From: Bacteroidales bacterium
GTDB lineage: Bacteria > Bacteroidota > Bacteroidia > Bacteroidales > JAEINX01
Assembly (NCBI GenBank): GCA_016342645.1
Contig: JAEINX010000001.1
Span: 34,582-98,581 of the forward strand
Reading direction: 5' to 3'
DNA: 64,000 bases
Shown: positions 1 to 9,861 of the stretch, in pieces
Numbering within the stretch: the stretch's first letter is position 1
How the letters are laid out: every line of letters starts with the position of its first letter
The notes under the pieces: model-generated
The model's database searches: none
Seen by the model: the letters and a program-made list of their open reading frames with translations, nothing else
What the model was told of the DNA's origin: nothing
Program-made: the position numbers and the translations under genes

Positions 1-2085
1 GAGGCGGGGCATAATTCAAAGGCACACGCAATCGCTTATATGGCTCCCGTCTTAGCCTCAATCATATTAAGTTTTAGGGGGAAAATTCTTTTGGGTGGAA
101 TTTTAACGGCCTTGTTTCTTGCTCTCGAACTAAATGCAGGCCATCCGCAAATTTCATATTATTTAATGCTAATTGTTTTAGTTCTTGGAATATTTGAGTT
201 AATCGATTCTATTAAAACAAAAACATTTTTCAGATTTTTGAAAATATTTGCTGTTTTGGTAGTTGCTGTTATCATCGCAGTTTTGACAAATATTACAAGC
301 CTCTGGTCAACCTATGAATATGGCAAATATACGATTCGAGGAAAGTCGGAATTAAGTATTGATAAAGAAAATAAAACTTCGGGCTTGGATAAAGATTATG
401 CAACCGATTGGAGTTATGGAATTGCTGAAACCTTTTCGTTGATGATACCAAATGTAAAAGGTGGAGAAACCGAATCGCTCGGCAATAACGAAGCGGCTAT
501 GAAAAATGTTGATCGTCAACTTAGGCAGGCAATAGCCGGAAGCAATCAATATTGGGGCGATCAACCTTTTACTTCGGGGCCTGTTTATGTTGGTGCAATA
601 GTTTGTTTCTTGTTTATTTTAGGATTGTTTATTGTCGAAGGCCGTTTGAAATGGATTTTATTGACAGCAACAATATTATCGGTTTTTCTGGCCTGGGGTA
701 AGAATTTTATGCCTCTTTCGGATTTTTTCCTTGATTATTTTCCCGGGTATAATAAATTCAGAGCCGTTTCAATGACAATGGTTATAGCTGAATTATGTAT
801 CCCAATACTCGCAATTCTTGCTGTTAATAAAGTATTTAAAACCCCGGAAATAATTAAAGAAAAACGAAAACAATTTTTTATTGCTTTCGGATTAACAGGT
901 GGCTTAGCATTAATTTTTTATTTATTTCCGTCCATTTTTAGTTTTCTGAGTAGTAGCGAAATCGTTCAATTTAATGAATACAGCAAACAGGGAATTGATC
1001 AGAATCAATTGAATATGTTTATTTCCGAACTTGAAAATGCAAGGATTACAATTTTCAAAGCTGATGCAATCCGAAGCTTTTTATTTATTTTATTTGCAGC
1101 AATAGTTATTTGGTTTTATTCATCAAAAATTATTGGAAAACAAATTCTTATTCCAATCATTATCCTTCTTTTTATCGTTGACCTGACACCGGTTTGCTAT
1201 CGTTATTTAAATAAAGATAATTTTCAAAGAAAAACAAAAGTTGAAAAACCCTTTTCACTAACAAAGGCCGATAATGATATTTTAAAGGATAATAGTCTTG
1301 ATTATCGGGTTCTAAACTTAGCTGTTAATACTTTTAATAATGCAAGCACTTCATATTTTCATAAATCAATAGGCGGCTATCATGGTGCAAAATTGAGGCG
1401 ATATCAGGAACTCATCAGTTATGATATTCTTCCTGAAATTCAACGCTTAAAAACAACTCTTTCCGAAAAACCGGATTATTTATCAATTTCTTCCACCTTG
1501 TCCAAGTCAACAGCATTGAATATGTTAAACACAAAGTATATAATTGTAAATCCATCAACTGTTCCGATGGTGAATAATTTTGCACTTGGAAATGTTTGGT
1601 TTGTTGAAAAATATAAAATTGTTGAAAACGCTGATGCCGAAATTGCAGATTTAAAAACAATTGAGCCGAGCAAAACGGCAATTATTAATAAAAAATTTGA
1701 AGAATATTTACAGGGATTTAAAATCGGAGATGATTCTTTATCAGGGATTATTTTAACTGACTATAAACCCAATCATCTAACTTACAAATCGGAAACAAGC
1801 AAAGACAGATTAGCTGTTTTTTCCGAAATTTTTTATGATAAAGGCTGGAATGCTTACATTGATGGAGAATTAAGCCCACATATTCGGGCAGACTATGTTT
1901 TGCGGGCAATGATAATTCCGACAGGAAAACATCTAATTGAATTCAAATTTGAACCGAGAGTTTATGCCAGCGGTGAGATAATTTCGTTTATCAGTTCATT
2001 ATTATTGCTTTTGATAATTGTGTTTGTTATTATAAAACAAGTGCAAAAATCTTTTTTTGAAAAGAAAAATAAGGTTTTGATTTAG
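1..2085 (+). CDS. YfhO-family polytopic membrane protein (5' end cut by window edge)
   Basis: Frame 1 is open from base 1 (EAGHNSKAHAIAY precedes the listed Met at 40). Many hydrophobic helices are followed by a large soluble C-terminal part and a final TM helix, the YfhO-like layout. TAG stop at 2083-2085. Confidence 0.7.
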   Translation, partial: EAGHNSKAHAIAYMAPVLASIILSFRGKILLGGILTALFLALELNAGHPQISYYLMLIVLVLGIFELIDSIKTKTFFRFLKIFAVLVVAVIIAVLTNITSLWSTYEYGKYTIRGKSELSIDKENKTSGLDKDYATDWSYGIAETFSLMIPNVKGGETESLGNNEAAMKNVDRQLRQAIAGSNQYWGDQPFTSGPVYVGAIVCFLFILGLFIVEGRLKWILLTATILSVFLAWGKNFMPLSDFFLDYFPGYNKFRAVSMTMVIAELCIPILAILAVNKVFKTPEIIKEKRKQFFIAFGLTGGLALIFYLFPSIFSFLSSSEIVQFNEYSKQGIDQNQLNMFISELENARITIFKADAIRSFLFILFAAIVIWFYSSKIIGKQILIPIIILLFIVDLTPVCYRYLNKDNFQRKTKVEKPFSLTKADNDILKDNSLDYRVLNLAVNTFNNASTSYFHKSIGGYHGAKLRRYQELISYDILPEIQRLKTTLSEKPDYLSISSTLSKSTALNMLNTKYIIVNPSTVPMVNNFALGNVWFVEKYKIVENADAEIADLKTIEPSKTAIINKKFEEYLQGFKIGDDSLSGIILTDYKPNHLTYKSETSKDRLAVFSEIFYDKGWNAYIDGELSPHIRADYVLRAMIIPTGKHLIEFKFEPRVYASGEIISFISSLLLLLIIVFVIIKQVQKSFFEKKNKVLI

Positions 2086-2330
2086 AGTAATGAGTCCGAT
2101 TTAAAAACTTATTTCACGCAAAGGCCGGAAAGTTTTTATGCAAAGAATGTAAAACAAATACGTTAAAATTTTGTTATTTGCGATTTTTTGCTATTCGTCT
2201 GCGATCTTTGCATGAACCGCTACCATAATAAAAAATGTTTTTGTGTTTGCAATTTATTTTTCGCAGATGATGCTGATTATTGCAGAAAAAAAATCAGCGG
2301 AATTAGCTAAAGATTTTTTTAAATTATCTG

Positions 2331-2477
2331 TTTCATAATATTAATTATTTTTTGTTACTTTGTTTAAAAATTATTTTCAAATGCTTTACGGCTTGATTTT
2401 ATTGAAGAAAAAAAATAGAAGTTTTAAAAAAAACATATCGAAATAAGTTAACAAAATATATGGCCACAGAAGAAATA
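2331..2477 (+). repeat. Copy A of a ~145-bp imperfect direct repeat (partner at 11377-11521)
   Basis: Hand alignment of tttcataatat.aattattttttgtt..tttgtttaaaaattatttt.aaatgctttacggcttg...atggcca.agaagaaata gives roughly 88-90% identity with a 2-nt indel. The copy ends exactly at the dcm ATG. Confidence 0.85.
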
Positions 2478-3547
2478 TGAATAAAGCAAAAAGTAATATT
2501 ACAGCAGTTGACCTATTTTGTGGAATAGGTGGACTTTCCTATGGATTAGATAAGGTTGGCATAAATGTTAATGCTGGTATTGATATTGACGAATCTTGCA
2601 GATATTCTTATGAAACAAATTGTAGAACAAAATTTATTAATAAGGACATTCAAAATATTAGTGGTGAAGAATTAAACTCTCTTTATGGCAAAAATGATAC
2701 AAGAATATTAGTTGGTTGTGCACCTTGTCAACCATTTTCATCTTATACTTATAAAAAAGATAAAGGTGAAGATGACAGATGGCAATTATTATATGAATTT
2801 TCACGCTTAATTAATGAAGCTGAACCTGTTGTTGTTTCTATGGAGAATGTACCAACCTTGTTAAATTTTAAGGAAGCTCCTGTTTTTTATGATTTCGTTG
2901 GTGAATTAGAGAAATTAGGTTATTATGTATGGTATAAGATCATCTATTCACCAGATTATGGAATACCGCAGAAAAGAAAAAGGTTAGTGTTATTAGCATC
3001 CAAAATTGGTAAAATTGAGTTATTACCACCAACACATAACCCTGATATTTATATAACAGTAAAAGATGCAATAGGTCATTTAGAAAAAATAAAATCAGGT
3101 GAAACCTCAAAGAAAGATTTTATTCATAAGGCATCTAAACTTTCTGAAAAAAATTTAAAAAGAATTAAACAATCAAAACCAGGCGGAAGTTGGAAAAAAG
3201 ATTGGGATGATAAATTAAAATTGTCTTGTCATGCTTCTGATAAAGGAAAAACATATGTTAGTGTATATGGTAGAATGAAATGGGATGAGCCTTCACCAAC
3301 AATGACAACATTCTGTACAGGAATCGGTAATGGTCGTTTTGGTCACCCTGAACAAAACAGGGCTATTTCATTAAGAGAAGCTGCTATTTTACAAAGTTTC
3401 CCTACCGATTATAAATTTGCAAACAATGCAGATAATTTAAAATTTGGTAAATCCTCAAAACATATTGGTAATGCGGTACCACCAAAACTTGGAGAAATTA
3501 TAGGAAAAAGTATTATTAAACACTTAAAGGAAAATGGTTATGAATAA
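2477..3547 (+). CDS. dcm: DNA (cytosine-5)-methyltransferase
   Basis: Canonical m5C MTase motifs are present: DLFCGIGG (I), PCQPFS (IV), ENV (VI), QKRKR (VIII) and GNAVPP (X). Confidence 0.9.
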   Translation: MNKAKSNITAVDLFCGIGGLSYGLDKVGINVNAGIDIDESCRYSYETNCRTKFINKDIQNISGEELNSLYGKNDTRILVGCAPCQPFSSYTYKKDKGEDDRWQLLYEFSRLINEAEPVVVSMENVPTLLNFKEAPVFYDFVGELEKLGYYVWYKIIYSPDYGIPQKRKRLVLLASKIGKIELLPPTHNPDIYITVKDAIGHLEKIKSGETSKKDFIHKASKLSEKNLKRIKQSKPGGSWKKDWDDKLKLSCHASDKGKTYVSVYGRMKWDEPSPTMTTFCTGIGNGRFGHPEQNRAISLREAAILQSFPTDYKFANNADNLKFGKSSKHIGNAVPPKLGEIIGKSIIKHLKENGYE

Positions 3548-5192
3548 ATTTACTTTCAATATATCATTAAGTGTATTAAATCATTTAGGAAGAAATCTTT
3601 ATAGGAGTTTCATTACAGTATTAGGAGAAGCAATATCAAACTCGTGGGATGCAGAAGCTGACAATGTATGGATTTATTTAAATAGAGATGAAAACTTTCT
3701 CGTGATCAAAGACGACGGCAATGGTATGAATGAAGACGATTTTCAGTCAAAATTCTTAAAAATTGGGTATTCAAAACGTAAAGATGGGGAAAACAAAACC
3801 CCAAATAAGAATAGACCTTACATAGGAAGAAAGGGGATTGGTAAATTGGCTCTACTTTCTTGTGCAGAACGCATTTCAATTATTTCTAAAACAGCAAGTA
3901 CTGAATTTGTTGGTGGAATCATTGATAATGGTGGACTTGATCAAGCGATAGAAGACGACAAAATACCTGAAGAATATCCGCTTGAAACAGTTGACTTATC
4001 TATTTTTAATAAATATTCTACTAATTTGAATAAAGGTACAATTCTTTATTTTGACCAAATACAAGATGGAATAAAAAATAACGAAGAATACTTAAAGAAA
4101 GTGATAGCCCTTTATTTTAGATTCTCTTTATTGGATGAGAATTTTAACATTTTCTTCAATGATGAGCCAATTACTATTGATAATCTTGATTCATTAGCTG
4201 ATTCAACACAGTTTTTGTGGAAAATTAATCACTCAAAAGACCCTTTTGTTTTAACCAAACTACTGCAAAATCAACACTTGAAAAGTTCAAAGACAATTGA
4301 CTCTGTTCTTATCAAATCTGGATTTATCGGTTCAGTTGTAAAACCTCGTAACTTAAAAATATTAACAACCGAAGAAAAAGTTGGAATTGATTTATTTGTT
4401 AATGGTCGTCTAAGGGAAAAAGACCTTCTAAAACATATACCTTCTGCTCGTATTGCTGAAAGTTATTTGTATGGACAAATACATTGTAATTTTCTTGATG
4501 ATGAAATTGATCGTTTTACAAGTAGTAGAGAGGGAATTGTATCCGATGACGACTTATTTCAGAAAATACTAACAGAACTGAAAAACATCATTGCTATTAT
4601 AATTGATGACTGGGATAAATTGAGAATTGATCTAAGACAAGATGGTGATTCAGAAAATCCGAGAATTTCTAAAAAAGAAAGAAAATCAAGAGAATTATAT
4701 AATACAATTGCTGATGATTTTGTACCCTCAAAAGATTCAGAAAATTACGACAAGGTTGAAGACTGGATTAAGAAATTGGCAAATGATGCACAATTTAATT
4801 TCTCGTCTTATGGTGAATGTTTTATATCCGAAAACTTGATACGAAGTTATATTGAAGATCAAAAGATTACTATATCTGAAGAAGCTCAAAAGGAAATTGA
4901 AAAATGGAAAAGAGTTGAAAACGATTCAAAAAATAAAGGAAATATAAGTATCGCCATTCGAAAGAATTTGAATGATCTAAGTTTTCTCTCTATGAATGAT
5001 TTATCCTATTTGGTTGATATGAAGGACAAAGGAAACCCAACAAAATCAGCAAACCTATCAAGAGATGCTGACGAATATAAACCAATTCGAGATGCATTAG
5101 CCCATACTGCATTACTGACTGATTTAGCAAAATTAAGATTAACTTCGACCTATGAAAATATTAAAGCAAGAATTAAAAAACTTTTAGGATAA
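3534..5192 (+). CDS. GHKL (HATPase_c_3 / MORC-MutL-like) ATPase with C-terminal HEPN-like Rx4H motif
   Basis: N-box EAISNSWDAEA, G1 box DDGNGM and G2 box GRKGIGKLA are present. The C-terminal helical region ends in IRDALAH (Rx4H, nt 5088-5105). The gene overlaps the dcm stop by 14 nt; an alternative ATG lies at 3540. Confidence 0.75.
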   Translation: MVMNKFTFNISLSVLNHLGRNLYRSFITVLGEAISNSWDAEADNVWIYLNRDENFLVIKDDGNGMNEDDFQSKFLKIGYSKRKDGENKTPNKNRPYIGRKGIGKLALLSCAERISIISKTASTEFVGGIIDNGGLDQAIEDDKIPEEYPLETVDLSIFNKYSTNLNKGTILYFDQIQDGIKNNEEYLKKVIALYFRFSLLDENFNIFFNDEPITIDNLDSLADSTQFLWKINHSKDPFVLTKLLQNQHLKSSKTIDSVLIKSGFIGSVVKPRNLKILTTEEKVGIDLFVNGRLREKDLLKHIPSARIAESYLYGQIHCNFLDDEIDRFTSSREGIVSDDDLFQKILTELKNIIAIIIDDWDKLRIDLRQDGDSENPRISKKERKSRELYNTIADDFVPSKDSENYDKVEDWIKKLANDAQFNFSSYGECFISENLIRSYIEDQKITISEEAQKEIEKWKRVENDSKNKGNISIAIRKNLNDLSFLSMNDLSYLVDMKDKGNPTKSANLSRDADEYKPIRDALAHTALLTDLAKLRLTSTYENIKARIKKLLG

Positions 5193-5661
5193 TTAAGTGC
5201 AGGCACCAAAATTTTAGAATTTAACCCTCAGTTGAGCCCCCAAAAAACGCAATATTGTTTGATATTTTAGAGACTTAATCTAATTCACCAATACACAAAC
5301 ACCGACTCTTGTGAGTTTTAAATCATCCCCCTTACTGTTTTATTACCAATATTTTTACATTTTTTCATTGAGATTCAGTTTCTTTCATTACTTTTGGGGG
5401 TACGATTTATAAAATACTAAATTTTGTATCACTGTACTTTAACGACATTTGGTGTTTTAGGAGCTTTTTTTATAACAAATGCAATAACTATTTCATATTA
5501 ATAATAAAACAGACTAATAGAATTTTTGTGGAACCTTCCAATTATTCCTGAAAAAATTTAAAATTGCAGTAAATTGTTAACTATTTTGGCAAAATATCTG
5601 CAACCTAATTGATTTTTTTTGTAGTTTGCGGATTTAAGGGGATACAAAAAGAAATTGTTTT

Positions 5662-6102
5662 ATGATTCACACAAAAGTATTTAATACAACGAACAGACCA
5701 AATTTAAAAGAAAAAGAAAGCCTAATTGATTTTTTATTCGACAATTTACAAGAATATGGAGATGCTAAGTCAGACATAGAAAAAGCTGTTAATTACTCAC
5801 TAAAAGAAACAACTTCTTTTGGCGGTTTTGTTGTAGTTTCATTTTTAGAAAATGAGATATCAGGTGTAGTAGTGGTAAACCAAACCGGAATGAAAGGTTA
5901 TATTCCGGAAAATATCTTGGTCTATATTGCAACTCACAAAAATCATAGGGGAAAGGGAATCGGTAAAATTTTGATGCAAAAAACAATTGATTTGGCTGAA
6001 GGTAGTATTGCATTACATGTTGAGCCAGAAAACCCAGCTCGATTTTTATATGAAAAATTTGGATTTAGCAGCAAGTATATTGAAATGAGATTGAAAAAGT
6101 AG
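5662..6102 (+). CDS. GNAT family N-acetyltransferase
   Basis: 146 aa with the acetyl-CoA motif HRGKGIGKILM and a C-terminal YEKFGF. Confidence 0.8.
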   Translation: MIHTKVFNTTNRPNLKEKESLIDFLFDNLQEYGDAKSDIEKAVNYSLKETTSFGGFVVVSFLENEISGVVVVNQTGMKGYIPENILVYIATHKNHRGKGIGKILMQKTIDLAEGSIALHVEPENPARFLYEKFGFSSKYIEMRLKK

Positions 6103-6105
6103 ATT

Positions 6106-7536
6106 ATGAATGTTCACATAATTGATATTTTGATCTTTGTGATTTATATGATCGCATTGCTTGGTGTTGGGTTCTATTTTCTAAAACGCAATAAATCACA
6201 GGAAGACTATTATGTTGGAAGCCGAAAAATGTCTTCAGCACATATTGGCTTATCTGTTGTCGCTACGGATGTAGGGGGTGGATTTTCAATAGGCTTGGGC
6301 GGATTGGGATTTTTAATCGGACTGTCGGGTAGTTGGATGCTTTTTACAGGATTAGTTGGTGCCTGGATTAGTGCTGTTGTGCTCATTCCCAGAATATACC
6401 CACTGGCTAAAAAGCATAATTTTTTAAGCTTCCCCGAGGTCCTAAATCATTACTATAATGGTAAAGTAGCTATTATTGCGGGCATTATTTCCTTGATTGG
6501 CTATATTGGATTTACCAGCTCTCAAATTTTAGCCGGTGCAAAATTGGCATCCGCTACTTTTCCCTCAATAACAATTTTAGATGCAGTTTTATTAATGGGA
6601 GTTGTCGTAATTGGATATACTGTTCTTGGCGGACTTAAAGCCGTTATTTATACCGATACTATTCAATGGATAATTCTAATGGCTGGGCTGGTTTTAGTAG
6701 GCATTCCATTGAGCTTCATAAAAGTCGGGGGTTGGGAAGCAATTAGAACTTTTTTGCCCGATAGTTTCCTAAGTCTTACCAATATTAGTTTTGTTCAATT
6801 TGTTAATTGGCTAATTACCATCGTTCCTATTTGGTTTGTAGGCATGACCTTGTATCAAAGGATTTATGCCTCTAAAGATAAAAAAACAGCACAAAAAGCT
6901 TGGTTTATTGCAGGTTTGTTCGAATGGCCGGTAATGGCTTTTATGGGAGTTGGTTTAGGATTATTGGGTAGAGTAGCTTTTGAACAAGGAATGTTTACTG
7001 ATTTTGGATATGCACCTGGCAGTCCTATTGATGAAGAAATCGGGCTACCCTTACTCCTAACGCATATTTTCCCAATCGGATTGATGGGGCTTCTTATGTC
7101 ATCTTATTTCTCGGCAATAATGTCAACGGCAGATAGTTGTTTGATGGCAGCATCGGGTAATTTTACGACAGACATAATAAGGCTATCCAAACAAAATACC
7201 AAGAGTGTCAGATATTCACAAATAACAACCTTGGTCATTGGAATACTGGCTATCATTCTTGCTACAATGATGCAAAATGTACTTGATTTGATGTTATACT
7301 CTTATGGTTTTATGGTTTCAGGATTATTTGTCCCGGTTTTGGGTACTATGTTTTTAAAAAACCCTTCTGCGAAAGCAGCACTTTATTCAATGCTTTTTGG
7401 TGGAGGAACTACTTTGATTCTCATCTTAACCGAAATTACCTTGCCTTGTGGTTTAGATGCAAATTTCTTTGGGATAACACTTTCAGTAATTATTTTTGTT
7501 TTAATACAATCATTCCATAAGGGGAAAATTTATTGA
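6106..7536 (+). CDS. Sodium:solute symporter (SSS) family transporter
   Basis: About 12-13 TM helices with SSS-like motifs (YYVGSRKMS, GGLKAVIYTDTIQ). It starts 3 nt after the GNAT stop and ends in a TGA stop at 7534-7536. Confidence 0.85.
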   Translation: MNVHIIDILIFVIYMIALLGVGFYFLKRNKSQEDYYVGSRKMSSAHIGLSVVATDVGGGFSIGLGGLGFLIGLSGSWMLFTGLVGAWISAVVLIPRIYPLAKKHNFLSFPEVLNHYYNGKVAIIAGIISLIGYIGFTSSQILAGAKLASATFPSITILDAVLLMGVVVIGYTVLGGLKAVIYTDTIQWIILMAGLVLVGIPLSFIKVGGWEAIRTFLPDSFLSLTNISFVQFVNWLITIVPIWFVGMTLYQRIYASKDKKTAQKAWFIAGLFEWPVMAFMGVGLGLLGRVAFEQGMFTDFGYAPGSPIDEEIGLPLLLTHIFPIGLMGLLMSSYFSAIMSTADSCLMAASGNFTTDIIRLSKQNTKSVRYSQITTLVIGILAIILATMMQNVLDLMLYSYGFMVSGLFVPVLGTMFLKNPSAKAALYSMLFGGGTTLILILTEITLPCGLDANFFGITLSVIIFVLIQSFHKGKIY

Positions 7537-7578
7537 AATAAGGGCTTATTTTATAATGATGATTATAGATATTAATAG

Positions 7579-8712
7579 ATGAATCAGGAAATAATAAAGT
7601 TAAGAAAGGAATTACATAAACATCCTGAAGTTTCCAATAATGAATATAAAACTTCTGAACGAATAATAAACTATGTCAAGAAATTTAATCCTGATGAGAT
7701 TATTAAACTTGGAGAAACTGGAGTAGCATTTGCTTTTTATGGAAAAGAGAAAGGTAAAACTGTTGTATTCAGATCAGAGTTGGATGCTTTGCCGATTAAA
7801 GAAAAATCAGGTGTTGAATATGCGTCAGTAAATGATCATATTGCTCACTCTTGTGGACACGATGGACATATGGCGATTTTAACTGGGCTATCTCAAAAAA
7901 TCTCCGGAAATCGACCGGCAAGAGGAAAGGTTGTCATTCTCTTTCAACCTGCCGAGGAAGTAGAACAAGGAGCTCAAGATATAGTTGAAAATCCAAAATT
8001 CATTGAAATAAAGCCTGACTATATTTTTGCACTGCATAATGTGCCCGGATTTGAAAAACATAAAATAATACTTAAAAATGGAAGTTTTGCTTCCGCGTCA
8101 AAGGGCATGACGATTAAACTTACAGGAAAAACTTCCCATGCCGCAGAACCGGAAAATGGCATTAGTCCGGCAGATGCCATTTCAAAAATCATTAAAAAGT
8201 TGCATGATCTGAGAGATAATAAAGAACTGTTTAAAGATTTTGTTTTGCTCACCATCATTCACATTCAATTGGGCGAAATATCTTTTGGCACTTCGCCCGG
8301 ATATGCTGAATTGAGAGTTACATTACGTACTTTTGAAAATGAAGACATGAAAGTACTAACTGATAATTGCGAAATAATAATAAAAGAAATATCGAAAGCT
8401 GAAAAATTAAGTATTGAAATTTCGTATAGCGAAACATTTCCTGCAACAGTGAATAATGATGAATGTGTTAGTATAGTTGAAGAATCAGCAAAGCAGATTA
8501 ATTTGGATACCGAGTATATTGAAAAACCTTTTAAATGGTCGGAAGATTTTGCGTATTTTACAGAAAAATATAATGCTTGTTATTTTGGTTTAGGTTCGGG
8601 AAAAGATCAGCCACAGCTTCATAATCCGGACTTTGATTTTCCTGATGACATCATTGAATCGGGAATAAATATATTTTATGCTATTTATAAAAAAACATTA
8701 AGCGATGATTGA
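7579..8712 (+). CDS. M20D family amidohydrolase (N-acyl-amino-acid / hippurate hydrolase-like)
   Basis: LHKHPE, SCGHDGHMA, FQPAEE and HNPDFDF motifs are typical of M20 amidohydrolases. TGA stop at 8710-8712. Confidence 0.85.
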   Translation: MNQEIIKLRKELHKHPEVSNNEYKTSERIINYVKKFNPDEIIKLGETGVAFAFYGKEKGKTVVFRSELDALPIKEKSGVEYASVNDHIAHSCGHDGHMAILTGLSQKISGNRPARGKVVILFQPAEEVEQGAQDIVENPKFIEIKPDYIFALHNVPGFEKHKIILKNGSFASASKGMTIKLTGKTSHAAEPENGISPADAISKIIKKLHDLRDNKELFKDFVLLTIIHIQLGEISFGTSPGYAELRVTLRTFENEDMKVLTDNCEIIIKEISKAEKLSIEISYSETFPATVNNDECVSIVEESAKQINLDTEYIEKPFKWSEDFAYFTEKYNACYFGLGSGKDQPQLHNPDFDFPDDIIESGINIFYAIYKKTLSDD

Positions 8713-9859
8713 TAATTCTCTAATAACGCTGAATGAAAACGCGCTTGAAAATAATATTTCTTTTTTAAAAAAGAAACTTGGCGACAAAGTTAAAATATCA
8801 GCCGTTGTCAAAGCCAATGCATACGGGCACGGTATCGAACAGGTTGTTCCTTTGTTTGAAAAATATGGAATTGAGCATTACTCTGTATTTTATTATAGCG
8901 AAGCGATTAGGGTCTATAACTGTCTTACAAAACCTTCAAGTATTGTAGTAATGGGATGGTTGTGTGAAAAAAGCATTCGAGAAGCAATAGAAAAGGGAAT
9001 AGAGTTTTTTGTATTTAATATTGAAAGGCTAAATATTGCAATAAAATCTGCAAAAGAGCTTAAAATAAAAGCAAAAATTCATCTTGAAGTCGAAACCGGT
9101 ATGAACCGTTCGGGCTTAAATATTGATGAATTAGTTCATGCTATTGCTATCATAAAAGAGAATATTGAAAATATTGAGATCGCTGGATTTTGCACTCATC
9201 TTGCCGGGGCCGAAAGTATTTCAAATCACTTCAGGATTCAAAACCAGTTAAAGAAATACAAAAAAATGTTAGTCACACTTGAAAACAATGATTTGCATCC
9301 CAAATATAAACATGTAGCTAATTCTGCTGCGGCATTTGTTTACCCTAAAACAAGAATGGATATGGTGAGAGTGGGGATTATGCTCTATGGGTTTTGGTCT
9401 AGTACAGAGGTCTTTATACACTATATGAATTCTAATCATATCAAAAAAGATCCTTTGACAAGAATTCTTGGGTGGCAAAGCCAGATTATGGCAATAAAAG
9501 AAGTAAAAAGCGGTGAATTTGTTGGTTATGGAATTTCCTATCTGGCGCAATCCAACATTACCACTGCATTAGTCCCTGTAGGATATTCTTTTGGCTATAG
9601 TCGTTCTTTGAGTAATAAGGGACGTGTGCTTATTAATGGAAGCAGATGCAGTGTAATTGGAGTCGTAAATATGAATATGATAATAGTAGATATTACAAAT
9701 GCAGGTAATACGAAGGTGGGAGATAAAGTTGTTTTGATTGGAAAACAAGATGATTTAGAAATAAAAGTAAGTGCTTTTAGCGAGATAAGTGATGAACTTA
9801 ATTATGAAATATTAGCACATTTGCCAGATTCAATAGAACGAACAGTAATAAAACAATAA
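8705..9859 (+). CDS. alr: Alanine racemase
   Basis: PLP-lysine motif AVVKANAYGHG is present with a C-terminal beta domain containing VGYGISY. The gene overlaps the upstream gene by 8 nt. Confidence 0.85.
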   Translation: MIDNSLITLNENALENNISFLKKKLGDKVKISAVVKANAYGHGIEQVVPLFEKYGIEHYSVFYYSEAIRVYNCLTKPSSIVVMGWLCEKSIREAIEKGIEFFVFNIERLNIAIKSAKELKIKAKIHLEVETGMNRSGLNIDELVHAIAIIKENIENIEIAGFCTHLAGAESISNHFRIQNQLKKYKKMLVTLENNDLHPKYKHVANSAAAFVYPKTRMDMVRVGIMLYGFWSSTEVFIHYMNSNHIKKDPLTRILGWQSQIMAIKEVKSGEFVGYGISYLAQSNITTALVPVGYSFGYSRSLSNKGRVLINGSRCSVIGVVNMNMIIVDITNAGNTKVGDKVVLIGKQDDLEIKVSAFSEISDELNYEILAHLPDSIERTVIKQ

Positions 9860-9861
9860 AG

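Noticed and set aside
352-1681. Minus-strand ORFs 352-564, 1415-1681 and 1476-1673 inside the yfhO-like gene
   Set aside because: They lie entirely antisense to a long, motif-supported membrane-protein ORF. Their composition is low-complexity with no motifs, so they are typical shadow ORFs of AT-rich DNA.
2100-2300. Imperfect inverted repeats (atgcaaag.../...ctttgcat; gctgatt-n13-aatcagc) downstream of yfhO as a MITE or structured RNA
   Set aside because: The stems are short and AT-rich, and no second copy occurs in the window. The most economical reading is a terminator region, with not enough evidence for more.
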